Shown here one piece after another: positions 44,361-55,784 of a stretch of DNA of 64,000 bases. The translations under genes were made by a program, and so were the position numbers. How positions within the stretch are numbered: the first letter of the stretch is position 1; every line of letters starts with the position of its first letter. This DNA comes from Candidatus Sulfomarinibacteraceae bacterium (lineage in GTDB: Bacteria; Acidobacteriota; Thermoanaerobaculia; Thermoanaerobaculales; Sulfomarinibacteraceae), in assembly GCA_963796455.1 (NCBI GenBank), contig CAWCLO010000001.1:32001-96000 (forward strand), given 5' to 3'. The notes below the pieces were generated by a model. That model was not told the origin of the DNA. It did not search any database and was given only the letters and a program-made list of their open reading frames with translations.

Positions 44361-45614
44361 CTACTCGTAGCGAAGAGCATCGACAGGCGGGAGCCGAGAA
44401 GCCCGGATCGCGGGCCACATTCCAAAGACCAGACCGACGATGGAGCAGAAAATCACCCCTCGAACGGCCCACTCCATCGGGACATGGACCGCAAAATCGG
44501 TGAAGAGCGTGACGATGTTCCCAAGCCCGAAACCGACCAGGACCCCAATCACTCCGCCGATATTGCAGAGCACGATCGCCTCGATCAGGAATTGCAGGAG
44601 GATCGATCGTCTTTTCGCGCCGAGCGCTTTCCGGATACCGATCTCTTTGGTCCGCTCAGTGACCGAAACCAACATGATGTTCATAATGCCGATCCCGGCG
44701 ACAATCAGCGCCACCATCCCGAGCACGAAGGCCGCGGTCTTGAGCCCCGCGGTCGCCTGGTTGAACGCCCGAATCTCGGAGTCGGTGGTGAAATAGTAGA
44801 AATTGTCGCGATCGCGCGGGCTCACTCCCCTCTCAGAACGGAGAATCATCCGAACCTCGTCAATGGCGTCTTCGAGAGCGACATCCTCGAGGGATCGGAC
44901 CGTTATGAAGATCGATCGCTCAGTATTCGGATCGTCACGAGCACCATACGCCTTGAGCCAAACGGAAATCGGGATCAGGATATAACGATCAAACGGTGTC
45001 CCGGTCGCAGATCTGCGCTCTTCAAAGACACCTTGGATCTTGAACTTGCGACCGTCGATCTTGACCGTCTTTCCAATCGGATCGATGAACGGGAAGAGTT
45101 CCTGCGCGATCCCGAAACCGAGAACCGCCACGTTGCGCCCCACCACCACATCTTCTTCGGTGAGGTTGCGCCCGAGCTCGACGAGGTGGGTGTTGTTTTC
45201 GGGATATTCAGGCGTCCCTCCACAGACGATATTGTTGTTCTCCGTACTCTCATCGCGAAAACTCACCCTCGTGTTGTAGTGCCAGAGTTCAGCGCCAACC
45301 AGATCGACCATCTTCGACCGTTCGCGAATGGTGTACACGTGATCGAGAGTCAACGGGGGCCAACGAGCGATATCCCGGAAGTTGAGATCGCGATTGTCAT
45401 TGAAATTTCCGCGCGGAAACTTTTGGATCTGAAAGGTGCGATTCGAAAGCACGCTGAGCTCGGCTTCCATGGTGGTCTGGACCACCGAGACCCCGGTCAT
45501 GACGGCGATGATTGCGGCAACCCCGGCGATGATGCCGACGAGGGTCAGAATCGAGCGCAGCTTGTGCGCGCCAATCGCCGCCCAAGCCATCTTGAAGCAA
45601 TCGATCCAGGTCAT
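44361..45614 (-). CDS. MacB/FtsX-family ABC permease 3
   Basis: KLRSILTLVGI and GIMNIMLVSVTERTKEIGIRKALGA motifs. Confidence 0.92.
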   Translation of the reverse strand: MTWIDCFKMAWAAIGAHKLRSILTLVGIIAGVAAIIAVMTGVSVVQTTMEAELSVLSNRTFQIQKFPRGNFNDNRDLNFRDIARWPPLTLDHVYTIRERSKMVDLVGAELWHYNTRVSFRDESTENNNIVCGGTPEYPENNTHLVELGRNLTEEDVVVGRNVAVLGFGIAQELFPFIDPIGKTVKIDGRKFKIQGVFEERRSATGTPFDRYILIPISVWLKAYGARDDPNTERSIFITVRSLEDVALEDAIDEVRMILRSERGVSPRDRDNFYYFTTDSEIRAFNQATAGLKTAAFVLGMVALIVAGIGIMNIMLVSVTERTKEIGIRKALGAKRRSILLQFLIEAIVLCNIGGVIGVLVGFGLGNIVTLFTDFAVHVPMEWAVRGVIFCSIVGLVFGMWPAIRASRLPPVDALRYE

Positions 45615-45752
45615 GCGCCTGTCCGATCCCGTTCCCGATCCGTTTTCCGTTAGTACGTTTGAGGCAAGCTACCTCAATGAGCTAAGGAAAGCAAGATCGT
45701 GACCCAGATGGAATTACGACCATCCGCCGGGATCGGGACCGGCCCTGCAACG

Positions 45753-47006
45753 CTATTCGTATCTCAACGCTTCGATCGGCGCCAGCTTCGATGCACGAAT
45801 TGCGGGCCACATTCCAAAAATCAGACCCACCAGCGAGCAGAAGATCACTCCCCTCACCGCCCAATCCACCGGGATGTTGACCGCGAAGTCCGTGAAGAGG
45901 GTCACCACGTTGCCGATTCCAAAACCGATCAGCACACCGAAGATCCCACCGATATTGCACAGGACAACGGCTTCCATCAGAAACTGCAGAAGGATCGCCG
46001 GTCGCTTGGCTCCCAGCGCTTTACGGATCCCGATCTCACGGGTCCGTTCGGTGACCGAGACCAGCATGATATTCATGATGCCGATCCCGGCGACAATCAG
46101 CGCCACCATCCCGAGCACGAAGGCGGCGGTCTTGACACCGGCGGTCGCCTGGTTGAAGGCATCGATTTGTGAATCGCTCGTGAACCAGTGGAAGGTGTCA
46201 CGTTCACGCGGGCTCAGACCGCGGGCGGCCCTCAGCACTGATCGGGTTTCTTCCAGGGCCTCCTCGAGGGGAACACCCTGGACGGTCCGGACGGTGATGA
46301 AAATCGAACGCGGCCTTCCGTTTTCGTCGCGCTCGCCATAGAGATTCGTCCACACCGTGATCGGCATCAGGACATACTGGTCGAACTGCCCTCCCATCGC
46401 CGATGTTTTCTGTTCGAACACGCCCTGGACCGTAAATTTGTGGCCATCGACCTTGACGGTTTTGCCGATCGGATCGATGAAGGGGAACAACTCGTTGGCG
46501 ATACCGTTCCCAAGCACAACAACCCGGCGACCGATCTCGATATCTTCTTCATTCAGATTCCGTCCGAGTTCGACATAGTGGGTGTTGTTTTCCGGATACT
46601 CCGGCGTGCCACCACAGACCATCATGTTGCTTTCGGTGGACTCACCCCGATAGCCGACGCGGGTGTTGTAGTGCCAGAGTTCGGCGCCGACAAGATCAAC
46701 CGTTTTCACCCGCTCACGAATCACCTTGACGTGGTCCATGGTCAGAGGAGGCCAGCGTTGGATCTCGCGGAAATTGATGTTGCGGTCGTTGTTGAAGTTG
46801 CCCATGGGGAACTTCATGATTTGAAAGGTCCGGCTGCCCAGCACGCTCAACTCGGCTTCCATCTGGCTCTGGACGACCGAGACACCGGTCATGACGGAGA
46901 TGATCGCCGCGACCCCGGCGACGATGCCGATCAGAGTCAGAATCGACCGCAGCTTGTGCGCACCGATCGCCGACACTGCCATTTTGAATGAATCGATCCA
47001 GGTCAT
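45753..47006 (-). CDS. MacB/FtsX-family ABC permease 2 (close paralog of permease 3)
   Basis: Same motifs; starts MTWIDSFK at 47006. Confidence 0.92.
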   Translation of the reverse strand: MTWIDSFKMAVSAIGAHKLRSILTLIGIVAGVAAIISVMTGVSVVQSQMEAELSVLGSRTFQIMKFPMGNFNNDRNINFREIQRWPPLTMDHVKVIRERVKTVDLVGAELWHYNTRVGYRGESTESNMMVCGGTPEYPENNTHYVELGRNLNEEDIEIGRRVVVLGNGIANELFPFIDPIGKTVKVDGHKFTVQGVFEQKTSAMGGQFDQYVLMPITVWTNLYGERDENGRPRSIFITVRTVQGVPLEEALEETRSVLRAARGLSPRERDTFHWFTSDSQIDAFNQATAGVKTAAFVLGMVALIVAGIGIMNIMLVSVTERTREIGIRKALGAKRPAILLQFLMEAVVLCNIGGIFGVLIGFGIGNVVTLFTDFAVNIPVDWAVRGVIFCSLVGLIFGMWPAIRASKLAPIEALRYE

Positions 47007-47014
47007 AAAGGGAC

Positions 47015-47167
47015 TCCGATCGCGATTGCCGAACCCAAACGAAGCAGAGGGGCAGAGGGGCGGAGGGGCAGAGGTGTCGCGCCACAAATGGCAAGCGCGT
47101 CATCCCCTCTGCTCCTTTTCTCCTCTGCTCCTCTACCCGTTTTCGGGCTCGGAACCAGACTCGGGCA
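47015..47167. repeat. Intra-operon nested inverted arms (CAGAGGGG)n ... (CTCCTCTG)n inside hexamer arms
   Basis: Visible complementary tandem arms between two permease genes. Confidence 0.75.
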
Positions 47168-47174
47168 CGAGGTG

Positions 47175-48407
47175 CTACTCATAATGCAAAGCATCAATCG
47201 GATTCAATTTCGAGGCCCGCCAGGCGGGGATGAACCCGGAGATCAGGCCTGTCGCGACCGATACCGTCAGCGCGATAACAACAATCGGCAGCGAAACGGT
47301 TGCCGGCAGAACGAGTTTGTTGATCGCCGCGGCCACGGCGAAGGACAGGACGACGCCAATCGTCCCGCCCAACAGACAGATCATCGACGACTCGAGCAGA
47401 AACTGCTGCAGGATCGCCCGCCGCTTGGCGCCGATCGCCTTGCGGATTCCGATTTCTCGTGTCCGTTCGGTGACCGAAACGAACATGATGTTCATGACGC
47501 CGACTCCACCGACAAAGAGCGAAATCCCGGTAACCGCCATGCCGATCATCAGGACCACGCCCATGACGTTGTTGAAGGTATCGAGCAGCGTGTCCATCTT
47601 GTTGATGGCGAAGTTGTCGTCCTCGTTGGGCTGCAGGCGGCGGATCTTGCGCATCTCGCCCACCAATTCGTACTCGAAGTCGTCGAGCAAAGTGGTGGGC
47701 GGTGCCTTGACCGCAAAGGCGAAACTCCGGTTGCGCCCGCCAAACTCTTTGACAAAGGTCGTGACCGGAATGAAGACCTGGCTGTCGAAATCGGGACCGC
47801 CGAAGAAGCCCGCGCTCCCCTGTTTCTCCATCACACCGATGACTCGAAAATTGGCGCGTCCGACCTTGATCTTTTTGTTGATCGGGTCGACGTCTCCAAA
47901 GAGCTGCTCGCGCATCGTGACGCCGATGATGCAGACGTTGCGTTTGAAGGCCACGTCATAGGCGGTCAGAAAACGACCGAACTCGGGAACTGCGCTGGAG
48001 ACCAGCATATGTTTTTCGGTCGTTCCGATGACCGTCGCGTTGCTGATGACCTCGGACAGATATTTGACCGGCCGTCGAGTGTCATCCGTTGGATTGACGA
48101 TTGCCGGCGCAAGCTGACGGGACAGCTTCTCGCTGTCTTTGAGTGCCAGGTTCGGACGATTCCGGAATTGAAAGTTCCGCCCCTGGAAAAACCACGGTGT
48201 TCGCGACACATAGAGCACATCGGTCCCGAGCACCGACACGCTCTCCTTGAAGTTGTTGGCGAGCCCGTTGGCGGCGGTCATCGTCGTCACGACGGCGACG
48301 ATACCGATAATGATTCCCAGGGTCGTCAGGACCCCCCGTGCCTTGTTCGCCCGCAAGGCCGCCAGGGCGATCCGAAGCGACTCGAAGGAGGCGTAGATTC
48401 TGCTCAT
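47175..48407 (-). CDS. MacB/FtsX-family ABC permease 1
   Basis: [25 protein letters not shown] motif. Confidence 0.92.
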   Translation of the reverse strand: MSRIYASFESLRIALAALRANKARGVLTTLGIIIGIVAVVTTMTAANGLANNFKESVSVLGTDVLYVSRTPWFFQGRNFQFRNRPNLALKDSEKLSRQLAPAIVNPTDDTRRPVKYLSEVISNATVIGTTEKHMLVSSAVPEFGRFLTAYDVAFKRNVCIIGVTMREQLFGDVDPINKKIKVGRANFRVIGVMEKQGSAGFFGGPDFDSQVFIPVTTFVKEFGGRNRSFAFAVKAPPTTLLDDFEYELVGEMRKIRRLQPNEDDNFAINKMDTLLDTFNNVMGVVLMIGMAVTGISLFVGGVGVMNIMFVSVTERTREIGIRKAIGAKRRAILQQFLLESSMICLLGGTIGVVLSFAVAAAINKLVLPATVSLPIVVIALTVSVATGLISGFIPAWRASKLNPIDALHYE

Positions 48408-49093
48408 GCTGCCTCTCGCTCGGCGGTGTCGGTTTCGATCAAACCGTCGCGCAGCCGGATTTCGCGGTTGGCGTGGCGGGCGATCTCGTCCTCGTGGGTG
48501 ACGAGGATGATCGTATTGCCGTCGGCGTGAAGCTGATCAAAAACAGCCATGATCTCGGCACCCGTGGCGCTGTCGAGATTTCCGGTCGGTTCGTCTGCGA
48601 GCAGGATCGACGGCCTATTGACCAGCGCCCGAGCGATGGCGACCCGTTGCCGTTGGCCACCGGAGAGCTCGTTCGGCCGGTGATCCATTCGATCGGCCAG
48701 ACCGACCCGTTCGATCGCAGATTCAGCAAGCTTACGCCGTTGCCCCGGGCGCATTCCAGCGTAGATCAGCGGCAGTTCCACATTGTGAAAAACGTCCGAC
48801 CGTGCCAGGAGATTGAATGTCTGAAAAACAAAACCGATTTTTTCGTTTCGGATCTCGGCAAGGGCGTCTTCACCGAGGGTACTGACATCGGAACCATCGA
48901 GCACATAGCTGCCGGCAGTCGGGACATCGAGACAACCGATGATATTCATCAAGGTGCTCTTGCCGGATCCCGACGGCCCCATGATCGCGACGTATTCGTT
49001 GTCGGCAATGTCGAACGAGACCCCCTTCAGAGCGTGGACGGCAACCTCGTTCATCGCATAGGTTTTTTCAACAGATCGAAGCGCGAGCGCCAT
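48404..49093 (-). CDS. ABC transporter ATP-binding protein (MacB/LolD-like)
   Basis: [24 protein letters not shown] and [10 protein letters not shown] motifs. Confidence 0.95.
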   Translation of the reverse strand: MALALRSVEKTYAMNEVAVHALKGVSFDIADNEYVAIMGPSGSGKSTLMNIIGCLDVPTAGSYVLDGSDVSTLGEDALAEIRNEKIGFVFQTFNLLARSDVFHNVELPLIYAGMRPGQRRKLAESAIERVGLADRMDHRPNELSGGQRQRVAIARALVNRPSILLADEPTGNLDSATGAEIMAVFDQLHADGNTIILVTHEDEIARHANREIRLRDGLIETDTAEREAA

Positions 49094-49096
49094 TTT

Positions 49097-50338
49097 TCAG
49101 CCCTTCTCGTCGGCGTCGAGAGTCACTACCGACCCGTCGGTGAGATCTCTGCTGATCGCGCGGTAATTTCCGATCACGACCTGGTCTTCATCCCCGAGAC
49201 CGTGCAAAACCTCGATATGTGTCTCGCTCTGGATGCCGGTCTTGACCTGACGCGCCTGGGCGCGACCGTCGGCCACCACCCAAACAACCTCGACAAAGCC
49301 TTCGGAGTCGGGTTCGAATCTCGATTCCCCAGCCTCGTTTTCGGCATCGGCATCGCCACCGAGCTGATCGATGGTCCGAACGGCAACACTCTGGATCGGC
49401 ACGCTCAGACAGTCGTCGCAGACCTCGGTCACAATTTCGGCCGAGGCGGTCATTCCGGGCCGCAACTCGGCCACCGGATCGATCACCGCGACCTTGACCT
49501 CGAACTCGGTCTTTTCGTCAGTGGTTCCCTGGCCGGAGGAACGGGCGCTGTTGGCGATCTCGGTGACCCTGCCCTTGAGCTTCACGTCGGGCAGGGCGTC
49601 GACCTCGATCTCAGCCTCGTCACCGATCGACACCGCGACGATGTCATTTTCATCGATTGCCACCAGGGCTTCCATGCCCTCGAGATTGGAGATCTCCATG
49701 ATCACGTCTTCCTGGAACTGGGACCCGAGCGCGATCTCACCCACCTCTTTGTTGAGCATGCTGACCGTACCGCTCATCGGGGCGTAGATCGTGGTCTTGG
49801 CGAGATCATCGCGGGTCTGGCGGAGCGCGGCCTTGGCCTGTTCTCCCTGGTCGAGGACCGACTGATAGCGGGCCTTTTCGACTTCAGCAGCGGCATAGAC
49901 GCTGTCGAGCACCGATTGAGATTCGAGATTGCGCTCGTAAAGTTCCTTGGTGCGCTCGAAGTCCTTTTCGGCTTTGATCATGTTCTCCCGGGCGAGATTG
50001 GCGTTGGCCTGGGCAGCAGAAAGATTCGCCTCGGCGCTTTCCACGGCCGCGAGGTAACGCTCACTGTCGAGTTCGACCAAAAGGGTCCCCTGTTCGATCC
50101 AATCACCCTCTTCGACCTCGAGGCGGGTGATCTTGGCACTCACATCGGCCGAAATATTGACCTGGATCATCGGCTGGATCTTGCCGGTCGCGGTGACCGT
50201 CTGAACTACCTGTCGACGACTCACGTCTTCGATCTCGACCGCAATTCCTTCGACTCCACCGCGCCTTGACGCCAGGGTCATCCCGGCAATTACCACCACC
50301 AGGAGTACGGGCAGCCCGATCATCATTGCTTTTTTCAT
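49097..50338 (-). CDS. Efflux periplasmic adaptor (MacA/HlyD-like)
   Basis: N-terminal TM, ATGKIQP, coiled hairpin, IYAPMSG and LRPGMTA; start uncertain. Confidence 0.9.
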   Translation of the reverse strand: MKKAMMIGLPVLLVVVIAGMTLASRRGGVEGIAVEIEDVSRRQVVQTVTATGKIQPMIQVNISADVSAKITRLEVEEGDWIEQGTLLVELDSERYLAAVESAEANLSAAQANANLARENMIKAEKDFERTKELYERNLESQSVLDSVYAAAEVEKARYQSVLDQGEQAKAALRQTRDDLAKTTIYAPMSGTVSMLNKEVGEIALGSQFQEDVIMEISNLEGMEALVAIDENDIVAVSIGDEAEIEVDALPDVKLKGRVTEIANSARSSGQGTTDEKTEFEVKVAVIDPVAELRPGMTASAEIVTEVCDDCLSVPIQSVAVRTIDQLGGDADAENEAGESRFEPDSEGFVEVVWVVADGRAQARQVKTGIQSETHIEVLHGLGDEDQVVIGNYRAISRDLTDGSVVTLDADEKG

Positions 50339-50604
50339 TGTCATCACCCCACTCGAACTGTATTTTGGTTTGAAATAGCTCAACCCTCGAGGTGTCTACG
50401 TTGTTCAGGCTCAGAAGTTGCGCTCCCGCCGGAGGAACCAGAAAGGTCCGGGGGTCGCTTGCTGCTCGAGTCGGCACGAGGCTGGAGAAACATTCACGAT
50501 CGGTGAGAACAAACGAAACCCTTCGCCAAAGCGATGTCTCATCTTGATTGAGCAGAAGTGAAGCGATCTTCGACGTGCCGCCTGGGGCGCTCGCAACAGC
50601 AGAT

Positions 50605-50982
50605 TACTGTTGTCCACGAAAGTGCCTCGGACAAGGTTCAGGGGCAGCGGCAGCGACAGGGAGCAGCGATCTGTATTCGGCGTCAGCGTTCAGTCATCAA
50701 AGTCAGGGAAAAGATGCTGGGACAGCGAATAGCACTCACTTCTTCGGGGCTCCGGCCTTTGTGGTGCGGCCGTCTCGGCCGCACGGTGTGCAGGCGAGAC
50801 GCCTGCACCACAACGGTTGTTCCTTCTGTTGAACGACCCGGAGGTGGCCACTTCGTCGCCTGGACTCCTGACCGCTGCCGCCGAACACTGATCGCAGTTT
50901 CCTGTCGCTGCTTCCTGTCGCTGTCGCTGGACACTGTCGCTGCCTCTGCAATACGGGCACGGACGCGGGCAACGGCGAACCG
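50605..50982 (-). mobile_element. CACT/AGTG TIR element, copy C (degenerate, truncated)
   Basis: Decayed end TACTGTTGTCCACGAAAG; REP doublet at 50759-50813; GTTGAACGACCCGGAGGTG core; homology stops at GCGAACCG before the bcp stop. Confidence 0.7.
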
Positions 50983-50986
50983 AGGA

Positions 50987-51469
50987 TCAGCCCTTTTGGA
51001 GTTTTTGCAGACGATCCTTCACCTTTGCCGCGTGCCCTTTGGCCGAGGCTCTCTTCCAGCGATGGGCGACGCGGCCATCGGGATCGATGATCACCGTCGA
51101 GCGGATGACGCCGGTAGTGATCTTTCCGTACATGTTCTTCTCGCCCCAGGCGCCGTAGACCTCCATCACCGCGTGATCCGGATCTGAAAGAAGCCGCAGG
51201 TCGAGACCGTGTTTTTTGATGAACTCCAGATGATCGGCCGGCGAATCCGGGCTGCAACCGAGAACCACTGCATCGAGGCCGCGAAAATCGGCGATGCTTT
51301 CAGTGAACTCGCAGGCCTGCGCGGTGCAACCCGGTGTGTCGTCCTTGGGATAGAAGTAGAGGACCACCCATTGGCCCGAATACTCGGCGAGCGTCGCATC
51401 TTTTCCGCCCTGATCTTTCAGTGTGAATGGGGGTGCCGGTTCTCCGGCCTCGATTGCTGTCGCGCTCAT
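50987..51469 (-). CDS. bcp: Thioredoxin-dependent thiol peroxidase (BCP)
   Basis: LYFYPKDDTPGCTAQAC and YGAWGEKNMYGK motifs; AAGGAG RBS. Confidence 0.92.
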   Translation of the reverse strand: MSATAIEAGEPAPPFTLKDQGGKDATLAEYSGQWVVLYFYPKDDTPGCTAQACEFTESIADFRGLDAVVLGCSPDSPADHLEFIKKHGLDLRLLSDPDHAVMEVYGAWGEKNMYGKITTGVIRSTVIIDPDGRVAHRWKRASAKGHAAKVKDRLQKLQKG

Positions 51470-51643
51470 TGAAACTCCTTGTTGTGAACTCTCTTCTCTC
51501 GAATACTTCGGTCTCGCGATCGGAGCTGTTCTCTCCATCTGCGGCGCGGGCTGAACCGGAAGCCTATCGATAGCGAAAACAATTCCTAATCGGAGGAGAG
51601 GTTAGAATACCCCCACGTCCATCAGGACGGTCAACCAAGGAGA

Positions 51644-52342
51644 TTGCCCATGTCATTCCATCGCTGTGTGCGCCGCATCGCGTTCATCGCTCCGATTGCC
51701 CTCCTGCTCATCGGGTCGGCCTTTGCTGTCGAAGCACAAGAACCCGAGACGCCCGAACCCGAAAAGAATCCGGCCCTTCTCAACCCGAACCTCGCCAAGG
51801 AAACCGCCCCTGAGACCTACAAGGTCAAAATGGAAACAACCGCCGGAGACTTCATCATCGAGGTCAATCGCGACTGGGCGCCGCACGGCGCCGACCGTTT
51901 CTACAACCTTGTCAAGATCGGCTACTACGACGATGTGGCCTTTTATCGGGTCGTCCGGGGATTCATGGCCCAGTTCGGAATGAACGGCGACCCGGCGGTG
52001 ACTGCGGCGTGGAGCAACTCGAGACTCCCACCGGACAGACCGAAAAAATCCAACACAAGAGCGAAGGTGACCTTTGCGATGGGCGCCAGTCCCGACACCC
52101 GAACCACACAGATATTTATCAACTTCGGCGACAATTCGTATCTGGATGGCTCAGGTTTCGCACCCATCGGAACGGTTGTCGAGGGCTTTGAATCCGTCAA
52201 AGACCTCTACGACGGCTATGGCGAAGGTGAGCCGCGGGGCAAAGGACCCGCCCAATCCAAGTTGTACCGTCGCGGCAACCAGTACCTCAAAGGGGAGTTT
52301 CCGAAGATGGACTACATCATGACGGCAAGGATCGTGGAGTAG
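51644..52342 (+). CDS. Cyclophilin-type peptidyl-prolyl isomerase, exported
   Basis: Signal peptide; FYRVVRGFMAQFG and RTTQIFIN motifs. Confidence 0.9.
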   Translation: MPMSFHRCVRRIAFIAPIALLLIGSAFAVEAQEPETPEPEKNPALLNPNLAKETAPETYKVKMETTAGDFIIEVNRDWAPHGADRFYNLVKIGYYDDVAFYRVVRGFMAQFGMNGDPAVTAAWSNSRLPPDRPKKSNTRAKVTFAMGASPDTRTTQIFINFGDNSYLDGSGFAPIGTVVEGFESVKDLYDGYGEGEPRGKGPAQSKLYRRGNQYLKGEFPKMDYIMTARIVE

Positions 52343-52416
52343 TCTTTCGGTTCCGGATTCGCCAAAACGATCGGCGTCGCCATCGTAATTGAAGGCAGCC
52401 TAGATCGAGCGAAATC

Positions 52417-52446
52417 CGATAGCGATAGCGATGGCGATAGCGATAG
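52417..52446. repeat. (CGATAG)-like hexamer x5
   Basis: Same unit as at 1761-1792 (inverted) and 41577-41594. Confidence 0.7.
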
Positions 52447-52504
52447 CGAGAAGTGGAGTGAAATTGAAAGAGCTACCACTGTATAGTCATCACCGACGGG
52501 GAAA

Positions 52505-55500
52505 ATGACCACAGATAAAGAACACCGCGACCAGCGGGAACCGGCGAGTGACGCCGAACAGGTTCTCGAATTGGCGGCAAAACGGGGGCTGATTTCGGAG
52601 GAGGATGCGGAATCCACCATTGCCGAAGTCAGGGCCCGACTGGTGGATGCGGGTCTCTACGATGTGGAAGAACCGTCGGTCCAGATCGTGCTGCCCGACC
52701 ACCTCTTCGAGGATGGCACCCTAGCCCAATTGGCCCGTGAACTCGGTCTCGACGATGCCGATTGGCTCCGGGAACCGGCGCCGGGAAGCGCGCGTTCATC
52801 GGATCCCTTCGAGGTCTTTCCGGTCGCGAACTGGGGTCGCTACGAGTTTGTCGAATTTATCGGTCGCGGCGGCATGGGCGACGTCTTCAAGGCCCTGGAC
52901 ACAAGCCTTGGCCGACACGTGGCACTCAAGTTCCTCCGCCGCGACGATCCCGAACAGATCAAACGATTCACCCGCGAGGCCCGGGTTCAGGCCAAGGTCG
53001 ACCACGAAAACCTGTGCCCGGTCTACGAGGTCGGCGAGGTCGAAGGTCTGTCCTACATCGCCATGCAGTACATCTCCGGTGGTTCGATCAAAGAGGTCGC
53101 CGATCTTCTCAGCATCGAGGAGAAAGTGGCGATCATGGTCGATGTGGCCGATGCACTTCATGCCGCCCACCAGGCCGGGCTCATCCACCGGGACATCAAA
53201 CCCGCGAATATCCTGGTTGAACGGAATGCTGATGGCACCTGGCATCCCTATGTGGTCGATTTCGGAATCGCGCGCGAAGTGGACACACCCCACGATCTCA
53301 CGGTCTCCGGAATGGTCCTCGGGACACCCGCCTTCTGTTCACCTGAGCAGGTACGGGGCGAAATATCGAAACTGGACCGTCGAACCGATGTTTACGGTCT
53401 CGGCGCCACGCTCTATTGGTTGCTGACCGGACAGAGCCCCTATGCCGGAGCCTACCCGGAGATCATTTCCGGAGTATCCGAGAGAGACCCGACGCCACCA
53501 CACCGGATCAACCGTTCGATTCCGGTCGATCTCGAAACCATTGTTCTGAAATGCCTCGAAAAGGACCAGGACCGACGCTACGCCAGTGCCAGGGAGGCGT
53601 CGGAGGATCTGCGTCGATTCCTCGCAGGTGAACCCATCGCGGCGCGTCCGGCGGGAATTCTCTACAAGCTCGGAAAACGGATTCGAAGATACCCCGGTCT
53701 GACCGCGGTAATTCTGATCGCAGTCATCGCCTTTGCCGCACTCGGGTTCTTGAGCCTGCGGACCAATCTTCGAACCCGACAACAGGCCGCAATCGCTCAG
53801 AATCTCACCGAACAGGTCAAGGAGATCGAGGGATTTGCCCGGGTGGCGGCGATGATGCCACCGCACGACCGAAGCGCGGAACGTGAGATCATCCTGCAAC
53901 GGATGTCCGAGATCGAAAACGAAATGAACCGGATCGGTGAGATCAGCGCCGGTCCCGCCTCCTACGCTCTCGGACGCGGATATATGACCCTCGAAAATGA
54001 CCAGGAGGCCCGACGTCATCTCGAACGGGCGATCAACCAGGGCTACTCGAGCGCCGGCGTCAACTATGCCCTTGGAATGGTTCTCGGCCGGCTCTACAAG
54101 GACGAGCTCGATCTGGCACGCAGGATCGAAAACACCGAATTGCGAAGCGCCCGAATCGAGAAGGTCGAGAACGACCTCAGGGAACCGGCGCTGGCCTACC
54201 TCCGTTCAGGGAGAACCACATCTTCGGATGGTGCCGGCTACGCCGAAGCTTTGATCGCCTTCTTCGGAGGCCAACTCGAAGAGGCCCTCGCCGCAACCCG
54301 GGAGGCCTACGAGAACGAGAATTGGCTCTACGAAGCCAAACGCCTCGAGGGTGACATTCTGCTCGAGATCGGCGCCGAACGGCGCCTGCTCGGCGACACC
54401 GAGGGGGCTCTCGATGTCCTCGATGCAGCAGGACAGGCTTTCGCCCTGGCCTCCGATATCGCGCGTTCGGACCCGAGCGTCCACGAAGGCGAGTGCGCCC
54501 GCTGGACCGAGATACTGGAAATCCGAAGCCGCCGCGGCGCAGCGGTCGTGGATGCCTTCGAGCAGGCTGTGGCCGCGTGCGACCGCGCCCTGGAGATCGA
54601 TCCGAATCGCGCGGCGATCCACGAACGCCTTTCCCACCTTTACTGGCGCTGGGCGGATATCGTCAATGACCGCGGCGGCGAACCCGGTCCGTTTCTGACC
54701 CAATCCATCGCCTCGGCAGATCGCGCGATTGCCGTCGATCAATCCAGTGTTGCCGCTTATTCGACCCGCGGTGGCGCTCTCACGGTGGCGGCGCTCGGTG
54801 AGGCGGCAAAGGGTGAAGATCCTCGGCCGACTCTGAGGCGGGCCATCGAAAGTTTTGAGAGCGCAATCGAAATCGACCCCGGTGCAGTCCTCGCTCACGA
54901 CGATCTCGGTTACGCGTGGGAACTGCTGGCGCGACACGAAATGACTCGCGGAGTGGATCCGAGAAACGCTCTCGATCGCGCGACCGCATCGTTCCGGCGA
55001 GCGGCGGATCTCAATCCACGTTATGCCAACGCCCACAACAATCTCGGTATCGCGCTGTGGCGCAGGGCCGTGTACCTGATGCGAAGCGGCGGCGACCCAA
55101 GATCCACGCTGACCGAATCATTTGCGGCATTTGATGCAGCGATCGAGCGCAATCCGGACTACGCCTACGCCTACGCCAACCGTGGGCTGGCCGGCCGCTA
55201 CCTGGCCAAATTCGAGCTGTTACGGGACACTGATCCATCAGCCGCCGTCGACCGTGCCCGCAATGACCTCGGCCGAGCGCTGTCGCTCAATCCGCAGATT
55301 TTCTGGGCCTACCCGGAACGCGCAGCGGCGGAACTCCTGGCCGCACAATGGGCCATACGAAACGGAACATCACCGGCCGGCCAACTGAGTGCGGCCGCTG
55401 CCGCGGCGGAGAAAGCTCTTGCAGCAAATCCCCAGAACTCGGTCGCCTACCAGAGCTCAGCGGAAGTCCACCGCTGGCGTGCCGAGTGGCTGCTCGCCCA

Positions 55501-55765
55501 GGAGCAATCGGTGCGCTCCGACGTGATCGCCGGGCGCAGTCTGATCGAGCAGGCTCTGGCCCGCAATCCCGAGTCGGCCAACTCCAGGGTCACCGACGCA
55601 GCGCTGGCGACAATTCAGGCCTCGGCCGAAAACGACTCCGTCGTGCGCTCGGCCCTGCTGGCTGACGCCAACACCCTCCTGGACGAGGCACTCCAGATCA
55701 ACCCCCTTCTTGAACGCGAGACTGAAGCGCTGCGAGAGCGCATAAAATTTCTCGAATCCCAGTAA
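52505..55765 (+). CDS. Hanks-type Ser/Thr protein kinase with TM segment and C-terminal TPRs
   Basis: GRGGMG, VALK, HRDIKPAN, DFG and GTP..SPEQ; many TPR-like repeats. Confidence 0.93.
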   Translation: MTTDKEHRDQREPASDAEQVLELAAKRGLISEEDAESTIAEVRARLVDAGLYDVEEPSVQIVLPDHLFEDGTLAQLARELGLDDADWLREPAPGSARSSDPFEVFPVANWGRYEFVEFIGRGGMGDVFKALDTSLGRHVALKFLRRDDPEQIKRFTREARVQAKVDHENLCPVYEVGEVEGLSYIAMQYISGGSIKEVADLLSIEEKVAIMVDVADALHAAHQAGLIHRDIKPANILVERNADGTWHPYVVDFGIAREVDTPHDLTVSGMVLGTPAFCSPEQVRGEISKLDRRTDVYGLGATLYWLLTGQSPYAGAYPEIISGVSERDPTPPHRINRSIPVDLETIVLKCLEKDQDRRYASAREASEDLRRFLAGEPIAARPAGILYKLGKRIRRYPGLTAVILIAVIAFAALGFLSLRTNLRTRQQAAIAQNLTEQVKEIEGFARVAAMMPPHDRSAEREIILQRMSEIENEMNRIGEISAGPASYALGRGYMTLENDQEARRHLERAINQGYSSAGVNYALGMVLGRLYKDELDLARRIENTELRSARIEKVENDLREPALAYLRSGRTTSSDGAGYAEALIAFFGGQLEEALAATREAYENENWLYEAKRLEGDILLEIGAERRLLGDTEGALDVLDAAGQAFALASDIARSDPSVHEGECARWTEILEIRSRRGAAVVDAFEQAVAACDRALEIDPNRAAIHERLSHLYWRWADIVNDRGGEPGPFLTQSIASADRAIAVDQSSVAAYSTRGGALTVAALGEAAKGEDPRPTLRRAIESFESAIEIDPGAVLAHDDLGYAWELLARHEMTRGVDPRNALDRATASFRRAADLNPRYANAHNNLGIALWRRAVYLMRSGGDPRSTLTESFAAFDAAIERNPDYAYAYANRGLAGRYLAKFELLRDTDPSAAVDRARNDLGRALSLNPQIFWAYPERAAAELLAAQWAIRNGTSPAGQLSAAAAAAEKALAANPQNSVAYQSSAEVHRWRAEWLLAQEQSVRSDVIAGRSLIEQALARNPESANSRVTDAALATIQASAENDSVVRSALLADANTLLDEALQINPLLERETEALRERIKFLESQ

Positions 55766-55784
55766 GATCAACAGAGGAGACCCC

